A stretch of DNA of 64,000 nucleotides from Escherichia coli (GCF_003334815.1 NZ_QOWO01000001.1); one strand, 5' to 3'; numbered from the stretch's first letter, positions 47,425 through 62,270 are shown. Made by a program: numbers and translations. Notes: generated by a model from the letters alone, not told the origin.

Positions 47425-50097
47425 TTAAGCAATGGTACGTTGGATCTCGATGATTTCGAATACTTCGATCACATCGCCAGTGCGGACGTCGTTGTAGTTC
47501 TTAACGCCGATACCACATTCCATACCGTTACGGACTTCGTTAACGTCATCTTTGAAGCGGCGCAGGGACTCCAGCTCGCCTTCGTAGATAACCACGTTGT
47601 CACGCAGAACGCGGATCGGGTTGTGACGTTTAACCACACCTTCGGTAACCATACAGCCTGCGATGGCACCAAATTTCGGCGATTTGAACACGTCACGAAC
47701 TTCCGCCAGACCGATAATCTGCTGTTTCAGTTCCGGAGACAGCATACCGCTCATCGCCGCTTTCACTTCGTCAATCAGGTTATAGATGACGGAGTAGTAA
47801 CGCAGATCCAGGCTTTCCGCTTCAATCACTTTACGTGCAGAGGCATCAGCACGTACGTTAAAGCCAACCAGGATGGCGTTGGACGCCGCAGCCAGGGTGG
47901 CGTCGGTTTCGGTGATACCACCTACGCCAGAACCGATGATCTTCACTTTAACTTCGTCAGTAGACAGTTTCAGCAAGGAGTCGGAGATCGCTTCGACAGA
48001 ACCCTGTACGTCTGCCTTCAGGACGATATTCACTTCGTGAACTTCGCCTTCGGTCATGTTGGCGAACATGTTCTCGAGTTTAGATTTCTGCTGACGCGCC
48101 AGTTTAACTTCGCGGAATTTACCCTGACGATAGAGTGCAACTTCACGCGCTTTCTTCTCGTCACGTACAACGGTAACTTCATCACCCGCAGCCGGTACGC
48201 CGGACAGGCCGAGGATTTCCACCGGAATGGACGGACCCGCTTCCAGCACTTCCTGACCCAGTTCGTTACGCATCGCACGAACACGACCGTATTCGAAGCC
48301 ACACAGAACGATATCGCCCTTGTGCAGAGTACCTTCACGTACCAGAACGGTAGCAACCGGACCACGACCTTTATCGAGGAAGGATTCGATAACCGCACCG
48401 CTCGCCATACCTTTACGTACCGCTTTCAGCTCCAGAACTTCCGCCTGCAGCAGGATAGCGTCCAGCAGTTCATCGATACCGGTACCCGCTTTCGCAGATA
48501 CGTGTACGAACTGGCTTTCACCGCCCCACTCTTCCGGCAGGATGCCGTACTGGGAGAGTTCGTTCTTAACGCGATCCGGATCAGCTTCTGGTTTATCGAT
48601 CTTGTTCACTGCAACCACCACCGGTACCTGCGCCGCTTTCGCGTGCTGGATTGCTTCGATGGTCTGCGGCATCACACCGTCGTCGGCAGCAACAACCAGG
48701 ACTACGATGTCCGTTGCCTGCGCACCACGAGCACGCATTGAAGTAAACGCGGCGTGCCCCGGGGTGTCCAGGAAGGTGATCATGCCGTTTTCAGTTTCAA
48801 CGTGGTATGCACCAATGTGCTGGGTAATGCCGCCCGCTTCGCCAGAGGCCACTTTCGTTGAACGAATGTAGTCCAGCAGAGAGGTTTTACCGTGGTCAAC
48901 GTGACCCATGATGGTCACAACCGGCGCGCGCGGTTCAGCCGCAGCACCCGTGTCACGGTCGCTCATTACCGCCTCTTCCAGCTCGTTTTCACGACGCAGG
49001 ATAACTTTATGGCCCATCTCTTCAGCAACCAGCTGTGCGGTTTCCTGATCGATAACCTGGTTGATGGTTGCCATTGCGCCCAGTTTCATCATCGCTTTGA
49101 TGACCTGAGAGCCTTTAACCGCCATCTTGTTCGCCAGTTCGCCAACGGTGATAGTTTCGCCGATCACAACGTCACGGTTAACGGCCTGAGCAGGCTTCTG
49201 GAAGCCTTGCTGCAGCGAAGAACCTTTACGTTTTCCGCCTTTACCGCCACGTACTGCTGCGCGTGCTTCTTCACGATCAGCTTTTGATTCAGCGTGTTTG
49301 TTGCCTTTCTTCGGACGCGCTGCTTTCGCGTTACGACCACGGCCACGGCCGCCTTCGACTTCACGATCGCTTTCGTCTTCTGCCTGGCGAGCATGTTGAG
49401 AAGTAGTGACGTGATAATCGCTGGAATCTTCAGTCGGTTCCGCGTTATCAGTCCATTTGTTTTCTTCCGCCATACGACGTGCTTCTTCAGCAACGCGACG
49501 TGCTTCTTCTTCGAGTTTACGACGCGCTTCTTCTTCAGCTTTACGCTTGAGCTCTGCAGCTTCCTGCTCACGGCGGGCTTTTTCAGCCTGGGCGTTTTTA
49601 GTCATATCGTCTTGTTGATTGCTCACTTTGTCTTTTTCCGCAGCTTCACGTTTCGCTTGTTCAGCAGCTTCACGCTTAGCTTGTTCTGCGGCCTCACGTT
49701 CAGCTTTTTGTTGCGCCTCGCGTTTAGCCGATTCTTCTGCCTCACGACGGGCTTGCTCTTCCGCTTCACGCTGCGCTTGCTCTTCCGCTGCAAGGCGTTC
49801 AGCCTCTTGCGGATCGCGTTTCACAAAGGTGCGTTTCTTGCGGACTTCGATTTGTACCGATTTGCTTTTTCCACCGGTACCAGGAATGTTAAGGGTGCTG
49901 CGTGTTTTACGTTGCAGCGTCAATTTGTCCGGGCCTGAATTTTTCTGATTCAGGTGGTCAATCAAAGTCTGTTTCTCTTGTGCAGACACAGAGTCGTCAG
50001 CAGACTTCCGGATACCTGCATCAGCAAATTGCTGTACCAGGCGTTCCACGGAGGTCTGTCGCTCTGCGGCCAGCGTTTTAATCGTTACATCTGTCAT
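47425..50097 (-). CDS. infB: Translation initiation factor IF-2
   Basis: 890-aa ORF; GTPase motifs GHVDHGKT and DTPGH; repetitive charged N-terminal region. Confidence 0.95.
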
Positions 50098-50121
50098 GCT
50101 GTTCCTTCCTGCTACAGTTTA

Positions 50122-51609
<1,488 letters not shown>

Positions 51610-51636
51610 CGCGGGCTTTTCACCTCATCCAGACTA

Positions 51637-52089
51637 TTAAAAGTGGGGAACCAGGTTCGCCTTCTGGATATTACTCAGCGCGAACACTTCATCTTTACCT
51701 TCGACGGTAACTGTGATCATTTCACCGTCTACCGCTTTGATAACGCCCTGCCATTTACGACGGTTTTGTACCGCCATACGGAGAACCAGAGTCACCTCTT
51801 CTCCGACAAAACGGGCGTAGTGTTCAGCCGTGAACAGTGGGCGATCGAGACCCGGTGAGGAGACTTCCAGGTTATAAGCAACGGTGATGGGATCTTCAAC
51901 ATCCAGCACAGCACTTACCTGGTGGCTCACATCAGCACAATCATCAACATTGATGCCATCTTCACTATCAATATAGATGCGCAGTGTGGATGTGCGACCG
52001 CGAATAAATTCGATGCCAACCAGTTCAAAACCCAGGGCCTCAACTGGCGCAGTAATCATCTCTGTTAATTTTTGCTCTAATGTGGACAA
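51637..52089 (-). CDS. rimP: Ribosome maturation factor RimP
   Basis: ORF 51637..52101; start assigned to TTG at 52089 (150 aa), consistent with remembered protein length; uncertain. Confidence 0.8.
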
Positions 52090-52104
52090 GCCCACCCCCA
52101 AGAC

Positions 52105-52175
52105 ATAAAAAAAGGGCCTAAAGCCCAGTTATTCTGTAGTCAGATAACAAAAAACCCCGATAAATCGGGGCTTTA
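52105..52175 (-). terminator. Two hairpin+T-run elements between metY and rimP (partial terminator/attenuator)
   Basis: Minus-strand gggctttaggccc + T-run and ccccgatttatcgggg + T-run. Confidence 0.55.
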
Positions 52176-52295
52176 TATAACTGAACCCTATAACCGCAAC
52201 TGCGGTCTGGAGCACTTTCCAGAAGGATTTTTTCAAATCCCACTACGAAGGCCGAAGTCTTCACAGTATATTTGAAAAAGGACTCTAAGGGAAAG

Positions 52296-52372
<77 letters not shown>

Positions 52373-52629
52373 CCTGAAACGTGGCAAATTCTACTCGTTT
52401 TGGGTAAAAAATGCAAATACTGCTGGGATTTGGTGTACCGAGACGGGACGTAAAATCTGCAGGCATTATAGTGATCCACGCCACATTTTGTCAACGTTTA
52501 TTGCTAATCATGTGAATGAATATCCAGTTCACTTTCATTTGTTGAATACTTTTGCCTTCTCCTGCTCTCCCTTAAGCGCATTATTTTACAAAAAACACAC
52601 TAAACTCTTCCTGTCTCCGATAAAAGATG

Positions 52630-52668
52630 ATTAAATGAAAACTCATTTATTTTGCATAAAAATTCAGT
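52630..52668 (+). promoter_or_regulatory. Tandem ARG boxes (ArgR operator) in the argG promoter
   Basis: tttgcataaaaattcagt matches the ARG-box consensus TNTGAATWWWWATTCANW at 17 of 18 positions; adjacent weaker box atgaaaactcatttat. Confidence 0.55.
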
Positions 52669-52704
52669 GAGAGCGGAAATCCAGGCTCATCATCAGTTAA
52701 TTAA

Positions 52705-54063
<1,359 letters not shown>

Positions 54064-54070
54064 TTCGACA

Positions 54071-55696
54071 TCAACCCTGCCCTTCAGGGGTGGGGTTACC
54101 TTGCTTATCCTCTGTAAACTCCTTTCTGAGCATCACATAATCGAAAACATCATGGTTTGCATCCACAACCCGTGAGTCTCCTTTATAGTGTGCAATCACT
54201 TCCTCAAGCGTTTGCGGCTGTTCCGGCTTTGTTACCCCCATCCACGCATTAATAAGGTAATTATTGTAAGCTGTCGAAAAGATGTTGTTTTCCGTTGTGC
54301 GATCCACGCCATCCCCAAGAACGGGGCTATACCAGATAAACATCGGGACATGATATGCCTGCTGGCTAGCCTCCCTGCCTCCATGAAAATAGACGTTCTT
54401 CTTCGTAGGGTCACGTTCCAGGCCGTGGTCGGCAAAATACATGACCGAGGCGCGGCGATCTTTTAATAATTCAAAAACCTGACCTAGCAAACTATCTGTG
54501 TAATGAATGGAGTTGTCATAGCAGGCATCCTGATCGTCCTGCGGTTGAAACACGGCGCTGGATTGCGGATAGGCGCTACAAGCCGGTTCATGGCTTCCAT
54601 TTAAATGAAGAACAATCAGTTTCTTTTGCTGCGTATTTTGCTGTAATGCTTGCGATAAATGCGGCAACAACAATTCATCAAATCCTCTGACATAAACTGT
54701 TTCCATGGCGCGCATGGCGATACTGGTAACTGCTGTACCATTCTGCCGAAAAGCGGATTGCGAGCTTAGCCAGAAAGTCTGAAATCCTGCTTGATTAGCC
54801 ATATTAATAATGTTGTCGGGGTAATTATGAATGTCATGACTCAAAACAGAATCAGCAGTTAAAGAAAGGGGAACCGACAGCGCAGTGTAAGGTGCGCCGC
54901 TTATTGCTTGATTAAACAGTTTGATCTGTTTTCTTTGTGCTTCAACTTGCGGTGTCGTAGAGCGTGTATATCCATACAAAGACATATTGTCGACACGTAC
55001 AGACTCCCCCACAATCAACACGTAGGTATCAATACCTGTATCCCTGACTGATAATTGAAAATACGGCACCGTGTTTGCAATTGAGAGTAATCTTTGATGC
55101 TCTTTCGCTGCTAAAGCAAAATAGTTGAGATTGAAAAACGGCGTATAGGTAGCAAATCGCGACGCTAGTATATATGGACTGAACGCTTTTTTATTTTTTG
55201 CATCTTTATAAGCAAATTGACAAGCGGAAAATAAACTGCCCGAAATGACAATCAGCAATAATATTCCTGTCACTTTTTTTGTCGGCAAGGAAACATCATA
55301 TTTTATTATTACTGCCAAAAAAAGAAGGGATAAAAAAGCAAAGGCACATAGATAAGGGATATACATCCCCAGCATTTTGACAACTTCATCCGGATCACTC
55401 TGGAGCACACTAATCGCAAATCCATCATTGAAAGTTGTACCAAAGGTACACCATGAATAGAGGCTAATACTCATGTCTGCCGCAGTCAGTAACACAAATG
55501 GTGCGGCAACAAGCAGGCGAAGCGGAAGGGATGATATACGTTTTACAACCAGGATGGTCAGAACGAAGAACAGCAAGCGCTGAACCATATGCGCTCCGGA
55601 AGAAGCGACTAAGTTCGTAATACCAAAAACAATAACACAAAGATACAACAACCAATGAGATTTAAAAGTTCTAGCAAATTTGTTGAATACTGTCAT
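54071..55696 (-). CDS. yhbX: Predicted phosphoethanolamine transferase-like membrane sulfatase-family protein YhbX
   Basis: ORF 54071..55729; start at MTVFNKFARTF (541 aa); N-terminal transmembrane helices plus sulfatase-like domain; AT-rich. Confidence 0.8.
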   Translation of the reverse strand: MTVFNKFARTFKSHWLLYLCVIVFGITNLVASSGAHMVQRLLFFVLTILVVKRISSLPLRLLVAAPFVLLTAADMSISLYSWCTFGTTFNDGFAISVLQSDPDEVVKMLGMYIPYLCAFAFLSLLFLAVIIKYDVSLPTKKVTGILLLIVISGSLFSACQFAYKDAKNKKAFSPYILASRFATYTPFFNLNYFALAAKEHQRLLSIANTVPYFQLSVRDTGIDTYVLIVGESVRVDNMSLYGYTRSTTPQVEAQRKQIKLFNQAISGAPYTALSVPLSLTADSVLSHDIHNYPDNIINMANQAGFQTFWLSSQSAFRQNGTAVTSIAMRAMETVYVRGFDELLLPHLSQALQQNTQQKKLIVLHLNGSHEPACSAYPQSSAVFQPQDDQDACYDNSIHYTDSLLGQVFELLKDRRASVMYFADHGLERDPTKKNVYFHGGREASQQAYHVPMFIWYSPVLGDGVDRTTENNIFSTAYNNYLINAWMGVTKPEQPQTLEEVIAHYKGDSRVVDANHDVFDYVMLRKEFTEDKQGNPTPEGQG

Positions 55697-56112
55697 CCAG
55701 AAATCCAAGTTCACAACCAATATAAACAATTATCAACAATGTTTAATTTTATATCAGACATGTTTTTCAACTCTGATCCATATCAGAACGAAACACTGTT
55801 AGTTTTTTCTTTTTAAATGATGCGGCCATTGCGTTCTCAGTAATTAAATAACATTATCAATGCGTCTCTAAACATTACGCAGAACGTAGCCATCAGTCGT
55901 TATACTGACAGGAGCAGGATGGTTTATCGAGAAGTAAACATATCCGTATTCGTACCGGAACTGGAGTTGACACAATAAAGTGCCAATTATGTCAGTAGAA
56001 GGGAAAAATTTATAACTAAGGCGTACCGGCACCATCGTTTCAAGGTACCAGCTACGAGTAAAGCAACTGGACGAGATACAGATACCTGACAACCATTCCT
56101 CAGACCAGGACC

Positions 56113-56145
56113 AAAACGAAAAAAGACGCTTTTCAGCGTCTCTTT
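56113..56145 (-). terminator. Rho-independent terminator after leuU
   Basis: Minus-strand hairpin agacgctgaaaagcgtct followed by a T-run. Confidence 0.7.
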
Positions 56146-56154
56146 TCTGGAATT

Positions 56155-56241
56155 TGGTACCGAGGACGGGACTTGAACCCGTAAGCCCTATTGGGCACTA
56201 CCACCTCAAGGTAGCGTGTCTACCAATTCCACCACCTCGGC
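56155..56241 (-). tRNA. leuU: tRNA-Leu (GAG anticodon)
   Basis: Minus strand reads GCCGAGGTGGTGGAATTGGTAGACACGCTACCTTGAGGTGGTAGTGCCCAATAGGGCTTACGGGTTCAAGTCCCGTCCTCGGTACCA; long variable arm. Confidence 0.95.
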
Positions 56242-56255
56242 ACGGATACTACTTT

Positions 56256-56588
56256 TTAGTTCGGGATATCGCTGGTCGGCTTAGCCGGAGCAGCTGGCTG
56301 AGTTTGTTCGGTTTTCGCCGGTGCACTCAGATTTTCCCATTCGCTACCTTTATTGGTTTTGTTGCTATTGATGTTACCCAGCACCAGACTGATGATGAAG
56401 AATAACGTTGCCAGCAGCGCCGTCATGCGGGTCATGAAGTTACCAGAACCACTTGAACCAAACAGCGTAGCGGAAGCGCCTGCTCCGAAGGAGGCTCCCA
56501 TATCAGCGCCTTTACCTTGCTGCAGCATGATCAGACCAACAAGGCCAATTGCCACAATAAGGAAAACTACTAAAAGAGCTTCATACAT
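56256..56588 (-). CDS. secG: Protein translocase subunit SecG
   Basis: ORF 56256..56636; start at MYEALLVVFLIVAIGLVGLIMLQQGKGA (110 aa). Confidence 0.9.
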   Translation of the reverse strand: MYEALLVVFLIVAIGLVGLIMLQQGKGADMGASFGAGASATLFGSSGSGNFMTRMTALLATLFFIISLVLGNINSNKTNKGSEWENLSAPAKTEQTQPAAPAKPTSDIPN

Positions 56589-56767
56589 AATCAACCTGTT
56601 CCTTGCGGAGTTGCCGCGTACCAATGCTTCAACCAATAAAGCGGGAGTTTTTAATCTTTCCCACTGAAGCGGGTGTGAATACTAACCAAAGCGAATGACC
56701 TTCGCAAGGGCAATTTTATCGCATTGTATCAACTGCGGAAAAAAACAGCAAAACCGATGTGTTCGCT

Positions 56768-56800
56768 GAGAAAAAAGGCGACAATCGCCGCCTTTTTAGC
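56768..56800 (-). terminator. Rho-independent terminator after glmM
   Basis: Minus-strand hairpin aaaggcggcgattgtcgccttt followed by a T-run. Confidence 0.6.
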
Positions 56801-56815
56801 CAGTTATCTAACGCT

Positions 56816-58153
56816 TTAAACGGCTTTTACTGCATCGGCGATGCGGTGTGCAAATTCAGTCACCTGCGCTTCGTCTTCGCCTTCCACCATCACGCGAATT
56901 AACGGTTCGGTGCCGGATTTACGCAGCAACACGCGTCCACGGTTGCCCAGCGCAGCTTCAACCTCTGCGGTCACGGCTTTAACTGACTCATGCTCAAGTG
57001 GATCGCCGCTACCTGCGGTGTAACGTACGTTAACCAGAATCTGCGGGAACATTTTCATGCCGCTGCAAAGGTCGTGCAGGCTCATATGGTTACGTGCCAT
57101 CGCCGCCAGCACCTGCAAGCCAGCAACGATGCCGTCACCGGTAGTAGTTTTATCCAGCAGGATCACATGACCGGAATTCTCTGCACCGATACGCCAGCCT
57201 TTCTCCTGCATTTTTTCCAGTACGTAGCGGTCACCCACTTTCGCGCGCGCAAATGGAATTCCTAACTGTTTCAGCGCCAGTTCAAGCCCCATGTTGCTCA
57301 TCAATGTACCCACAGCGCCACCACGCAGCTGGCCCTGACGAAGACCTTCACGCGCGATGATATACATGATCTGATCGCCATCGACTTTATTGCCTTCATG
57401 GTCAACCATAATCACGCGATCGCCATCGCCGTCGAAGGCAATACCGAGATCCGCTTTTTCAGCCAGCACACGAGCCTGGAGCGCGCGAACGTCGGTAGCC
57501 CCCACTTCGGCATTGATGTTTACACCGTTTGGCTCACAACCGATAGCGATAACGTTCGCCCCCAGTTCGCGCAGCACGTTCGGCGCGATGTGATAAGTCG
57601 CACCGTTTGCACAATCCACCACAATCTTCAGTTCACTGAGGCTAAGTTCGTTCGGGAACGTGGCTTTGCAAAACTCGATATAGCGACCCGCGGCATCAAC
57701 GATACGGCTGGCTTTACCCAGTTCTGCCGAATCAACGCAGCTGATCTCCTTTTCCATTTCCGCTTCGATGGCCTCTTCTACCGCATCCGGCAGTTTGGTG
57801 CCGTCGATAGAGAAGAATTTAATGCCATTATCGTAGAACGGGTTATGCGATGCAGATATCACAATTCCGGCCTCTGCGCGGAAGGTACGCGTCAGATAAG
57901 CCACGGCCGGTGTTGGCATCGGGCCAGTGAAGAGTGCGGAAAGGCCCGCTGCCGCCAGACCCGCTTCCAGTGCTGACTCCAGCATATAGCCAGAAATACG
58001 CGTGTCTTTACCAATAATAATCTTACGGGAGCCGTGGCGCGCCAGCACTTTACCCGCGGCCCAACCCAGCTTAAGCACAAAATCAGGTGTGATCGGCGCA
58101 TCCCCTACACGACCACGAATCCCATCGGTACCGAAATATTTACGATTACTCAT
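56816..58153 (-). CDS. glmM: Phosphoglucosamine mutase
   Basis: 445-aa ORF with active-site motif SASHNP. Confidence 0.95.
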
Positions 58154-58994
58154 AGCGTTTGTTTTCCTTTGCAGACAGAGTGGCTTCCACCACCCGCATC
58201 GCTTCTACGGTTTCTTTGACGTCATGAACACGAATGATGTGCGCGCCTTGCATTGCGGCAATGACCGCACAGGCCAGACTACCGCTCAGGCGCTCGGACG
58301 GCCCCACGTTCAGCAGCTGCCCAATCATCGATTTTCGTGACATACCCACCAACAGCGGCAGGTTGAAATGGTGAAATTCAGCCAGGCGCGCCAGTAATGA
58401 ATAGTTATGGGAGAGATTTTTACCGAAACCGAATCCGGGGTCGAGCAACAATTTCTCTTTTGCGATACCCGCCTGCTCGCAACGTGCTATTTGCTCAATA
58501 AAGTAGCGATTCACTTCTGCAAAGACATCGTCATACTTCGGAGCTTCCTGCATGGTTTTTGGATTTCCCTGCATATGCATCAGACAAACCGGTAAACCGG
58601 TTTCTGCAGCCGCCTCCAGAGCGCCAGGTTCGGAAAGGGAGCGGATATCATTAATAATGTGAGCGCCAACTTTCGCTGACTCACGGATGACTTCTGGTTT
58701 GGATGTATCGACTGAGATCCAGACTTCGAAGCGTTGAGCAATTGCCTCAACCACAGGAATAACACGTTGCAACTCTTCTTCAACGCTAACTTCCGCCGCC
58801 CCTGGGCGCGTGGACTCGCCACCAACGTCAATGATCGTCGCGCCAGCGTTGATCATCAGATTCGCATGTTTCACCGCATCTATCAGCGAGTTATGCGTGC
58901 CACCATCCGAAAAGGAATCAGGCGTGACGTTGAGGATCCCCATTACGTGAGGATGGCTAAGGTCCAGTGAAGTACCCTGGGCAAAGAGTTTCAT
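58146..58994 (-). CDS. folP: Dihydropteroate synthase
   Basis: ORF 58146..59060; start at [28 protein letters not shown] (282 aa); 8-nt overlap with glmM. Confidence 0.9.
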
Positions 58995-59030
58995 GATGTT
59001 ATCCCTGGTATGAATTGATAAGAAAAAACC

Positions 59031-59066
59031 CCGGAGCACGCCCCGGGGTTTTCGGTACAAATACAG
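59031..59066 (-). terminator. Hairpin + T-run between ftsH and folP
   Basis: Minus-strand ccccggggcgtgctccgggg followed by a T-run. Confidence 0.55.
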
Positions 59067-59083
59067 TCATCTGATGCGGGAAC

Positions 59084-61018
59084 TTACTTGTCGCCTAACT
59101 GCTCTGACATGGTGTTACCCGGGTTCGGCGTACGCGGTTCATCAACCGGACGAGGAGCCTTTGGACTACCATTGTCGCCAGAATTGTTAGAAGCGCCTGG
59201 TTCTTCCCAGCCCGCTGGCGGACGTACATCGCGACGTGCCATCAGGTCATCAATCTGCGGTGCGTCGATAGTCTCATATTTCATGAGAGCATCTTTCATC
59301 GCATGCAGAATATCCATATTGTCGGTCAGAAGCTGACGCGCACGATTATAGTTACGCTCAATCAGTGCTTTCACTTCCTGGTCGATGATACGTGCAGTTT
59401 CATCGGACATATGTTTCGCTTTCGCTACGCTACGGCCGAGGAACACTTCACCTTCTTCTTCCGCGTACAGCAGTGGACCCAATTTCTCAGAGAAGCCCCA
59501 CTGAGTCACCATGTTACGTGCCAGGTTGGTCGCAACTTTAATATCGTTGGACGCACCGGTAGATACATGTTCCGGCCCGTAGATGATCTCTTCTGCCAGA
59601 CGACCACCGTACAGCGTAGAAATCTGGCTTTCCAGTTTCTGACGGCTGGCGCTGATTGCGTCGCCCTCAGGCAAGAAGAAAGTCACACCCAGCGCACGAC
59701 CGCGTGGGATAATCGTCACTTTGTGCACCGGATCGTGTTCCGGCACCAGGCGACCGATAATCGCATGACCCGCTTCGTGGTAAGCCGTCGATTCTTTCTG
59801 CGCTTCCGTCATCACCATGGAGCGACGTTCCGCACCCATCATGATTTTGTCTTTCGCTTTCTCGAACTCAACCATCGACACAACGCGTTTGTTGCCACGA
59901 GCAGCGAACAGTGCCGCTTCGTTCACCAGGTTCGCCAGGTCAGCACCGGAGAAACCAGGAGTACCACGGGCAATGATTGCCGCGTCGATATCGGGTGCCA
60001 ATGGTACGCGACGCATGTGAACTTTCAGGATCTGCTCACGACCGCGAACATCTGGCAAGCCGACCACAACCTGACGGTCGAAACGGCCAGGACGCAGCAG
60101 GGCCGGGTCGAGAACGTCCGGACGGTTAGTCGCGGCGATAACGATGATACCTTCGTTACCTTCGAAGCCATCCATCTCAACCAGCATCTGGTTCAGAGTC
60201 TGTTCACGTTCATCGTGACCACCGCCCAGACCAGCGCCACGCTGGCGGCCTACGGCGTCGATTTCATCGATAAAGATGATGCACGGTGCCGCTTTCTTCG
60301 CCTGTTCGAACATGTCACGAACACGGGATGCACCCACACCGACGAACATTTCTACGAAGTCAGAACCGGAGATAGTAAAGAACGGAACTTTCGCTTCGCC
60401 TGCAATCGCTTTCGCCAGCAGCGTTTTACCGGTACCCGGAGGACCGACCATCAAGACGCCTTTCGGGATCTTACCGCCGAGTTTCTGGAAGCGGCTCGGC
60501 TCGCGCAGATACTCAACCAGTTCAGCAACTTCTTCTTTTGCTTCGTCGCAGCCCGCAACGTCAGCAAAGGTCGTTTTGATCTGATCTTCCGTCAGCATGC
60601 GCGCTTTGCTCTTACCAAACGACATGGCACCTTTGCCACCGCCGCCCTGCATTTGACGCATGAAGAAGATCCAGACACCAATCAGCAACAGCATCGGGAA
60701 CCAAGAGATGAAGATAGAAGCCAGCAGGCTTGGTTCTTCAGGCGGTTCACCGACAACCTTGACGTTCTTGGTCAACAGGTTATCCAGTAATTTCGGATCC
60801 TGAACCGGAATGTAAGTGGTATAACGGTTACTATCTTTCTTGGTAACGTTGATTTCACGTCCGTTGATACGCGCTTCACGAACCTGGTCGTTATTGACCT
60901 CTTGTAGGAAGGTAGAGTAATCCACCTTACGGCCATTAGACTCGCTGGGCCCAAAGCTCTGGAATACTGACATCAGCACAACGGCAATGACCAGCCAGAG
61001 TATTAGGTTTTTCGCCAT
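59084..61018 (-). CDS. ftsH: ATP-dependent zinc metalloprotease FtsH (HflB)
   Basis: ORF 59084..61027; start at [14 protein letters not shown] (644 aa); Walker [12 protein letters not shown] second region and zinc site HEAGH. Confidence 0.95.
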
Positions 61019-61117
61019 GTCACTCAAGGGATTAACCTCTTATTACAACTGTGTTAAAAACAGCGTCAGGATACTCTATATCCAGCATCTTTCAAACTTT
61101 CGTCTGAAATCTCCCGG

Positions 61118-61747
61118 TTAGGGTTTACGCCCGGTCGCTACAATATACACTTCCCGCGAACGTGCACGAGAAGAGTCCGGCTTACGAACTTTGACCTTCG
61201 TAAACAGGGAGCGAATTTCCCTTAGATACTCATCGAAACCTTCGCCCTGGAACACCTTCACTACAAAACTGCCACCTGGCGCTAATACATCACGACACAT
61301 TTCTAGCGCCAGTTCCACCAGATACATGGCACGGGGGATATCCACCGCCGGTGTTCCGCTCATGTTTGGTGCCATATCGGACATGACAACCTGGACTTTG
61401 CTGTCGCCAACGCGCTCCAGCAGTGCTTTCATCACCAGTTCATCACGAAAATCGCCCTGAAGAAAGTCCACACCAACGATAGGATCCATAGGTAAAAGAT
61501 CGCAAGCGATGATGCGGCCTTTGCCGCCAATTTGGGTGACCACATATTGTGACCAACCACCCGGAGCAGCACCAAGGTCGACAACCGTCATTCCCGGTTT
61601 AAAGAGTTTGTCACTTTGCTGTATTTCATCAAGTTTAAACCAGGCACGGGAACGTAACCCCTTTTTCTGTGCCTGTTGAACATATTTATCGCTAAAGTGT
61701 TCCTGAAGCCAGCGGCTGGAGCTGGCAGAACGCTTCTTACCTGTCAT
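61118..61747 (-). CDS. rlmE: 23S rRNA (uridine2552-2'-O)-methyltransferase (FtsJ/RrmJ)
   Basis: 209-aa ORF with SAM-binding [11 protein letters not shown] motif. Confidence 0.95.
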
Positions 61748-61872
61748 TTAACTTTCCCATGGGGATAACTCATCGTAACCAATTGCGTAAATTTTTACGC
61801 GCCTATTTGGTGATATATGGGAGATGGCGGTAGAATGACCCGTTTTCAATCCCAACGTAAGCAAAAAATACG

Positions 61873-62166
61873 ATGAATCTGAGTACTAAACAAAAACAGC
61901 ACCTGAAAGGTCTGGCACATCCGCTCAAGCCAGTTGTTCTGCTTGGCAGTAATGGTTTGACCGAAGGGGTGCTGGCCGAGATTGAACAAGCGTTAGAGCA
62001 CCATGAACTCATCAAGGTGAAAATCGCCACCGAAGATCGCGAAACTAAAACCTTGATCGTGGAAGCTATCGTGCGCGAAACCGGCGCCTGTAATGTACAG
62101 GTCATCGGTAAAACGCTGGTGCTTTATCGCCCAACTAAAGAACGTAAAATCTCGCTGCCACGCTAA
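61873..62166 (+). CDS. yhbY: CRS1/YhbY-domain RNA-binding protein
   Basis: 97-aa ORF with GxxG motif (LGSNGLTEG). Confidence 0.9.
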   Translation: MNLSTKQKQHLKGLAHPLKPVVLLGSNGLTEGVLAEIEQALEHHELIKVKIATEDRETKTLIVEAIVRETGACNVQVIGKTLVLYRPTKERKISLPR

Positions 62167-62246
62167 GATTATCCTAAAGTTACACACATTTGCTGTGTAA
62201 AACGAGGGGTTTTCCGCAGGCAGGAGAGCAAAATGCCACGCTCTGT

Positions 62247-62270
62247 TCGTTGATAAAAGGCCGCATAGCG
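62247..62270. terminator. Bidirectional rho-independent terminator between convergent yhbY and greA
   Basis: aaaaggccgcatagcggccttttt: symmetric hairpin with A-run on one side and T-run on the other. Confidence 0.7.

Noticed and set aside
47026-48741. 571-aa plus-strand ORF antisense to infB
   Set aside because: Shadow ORF opposite a highly expressed conserved gene; no start context and no plausible protein features.
49619-49948. 109-aa plus-strand ORF with repetitive AASR translation
   Set aside because: Opposite-strand reading of the infB repeat region; not an independent gene.
55868-56092. 74-aa minus-strand ORF in the yhbX-leuU intergenic region
   Set aside because: No ribosome-binding site noted and weak coding character; retained only as a low-priority item inside the intergenic finding.
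59303-60790. 495-aa plus-strand ORF antisense to ftsH
   Set aside because: Shadow ORF opposite ftsH; the same artefact pattern as the other antisense ORFs.
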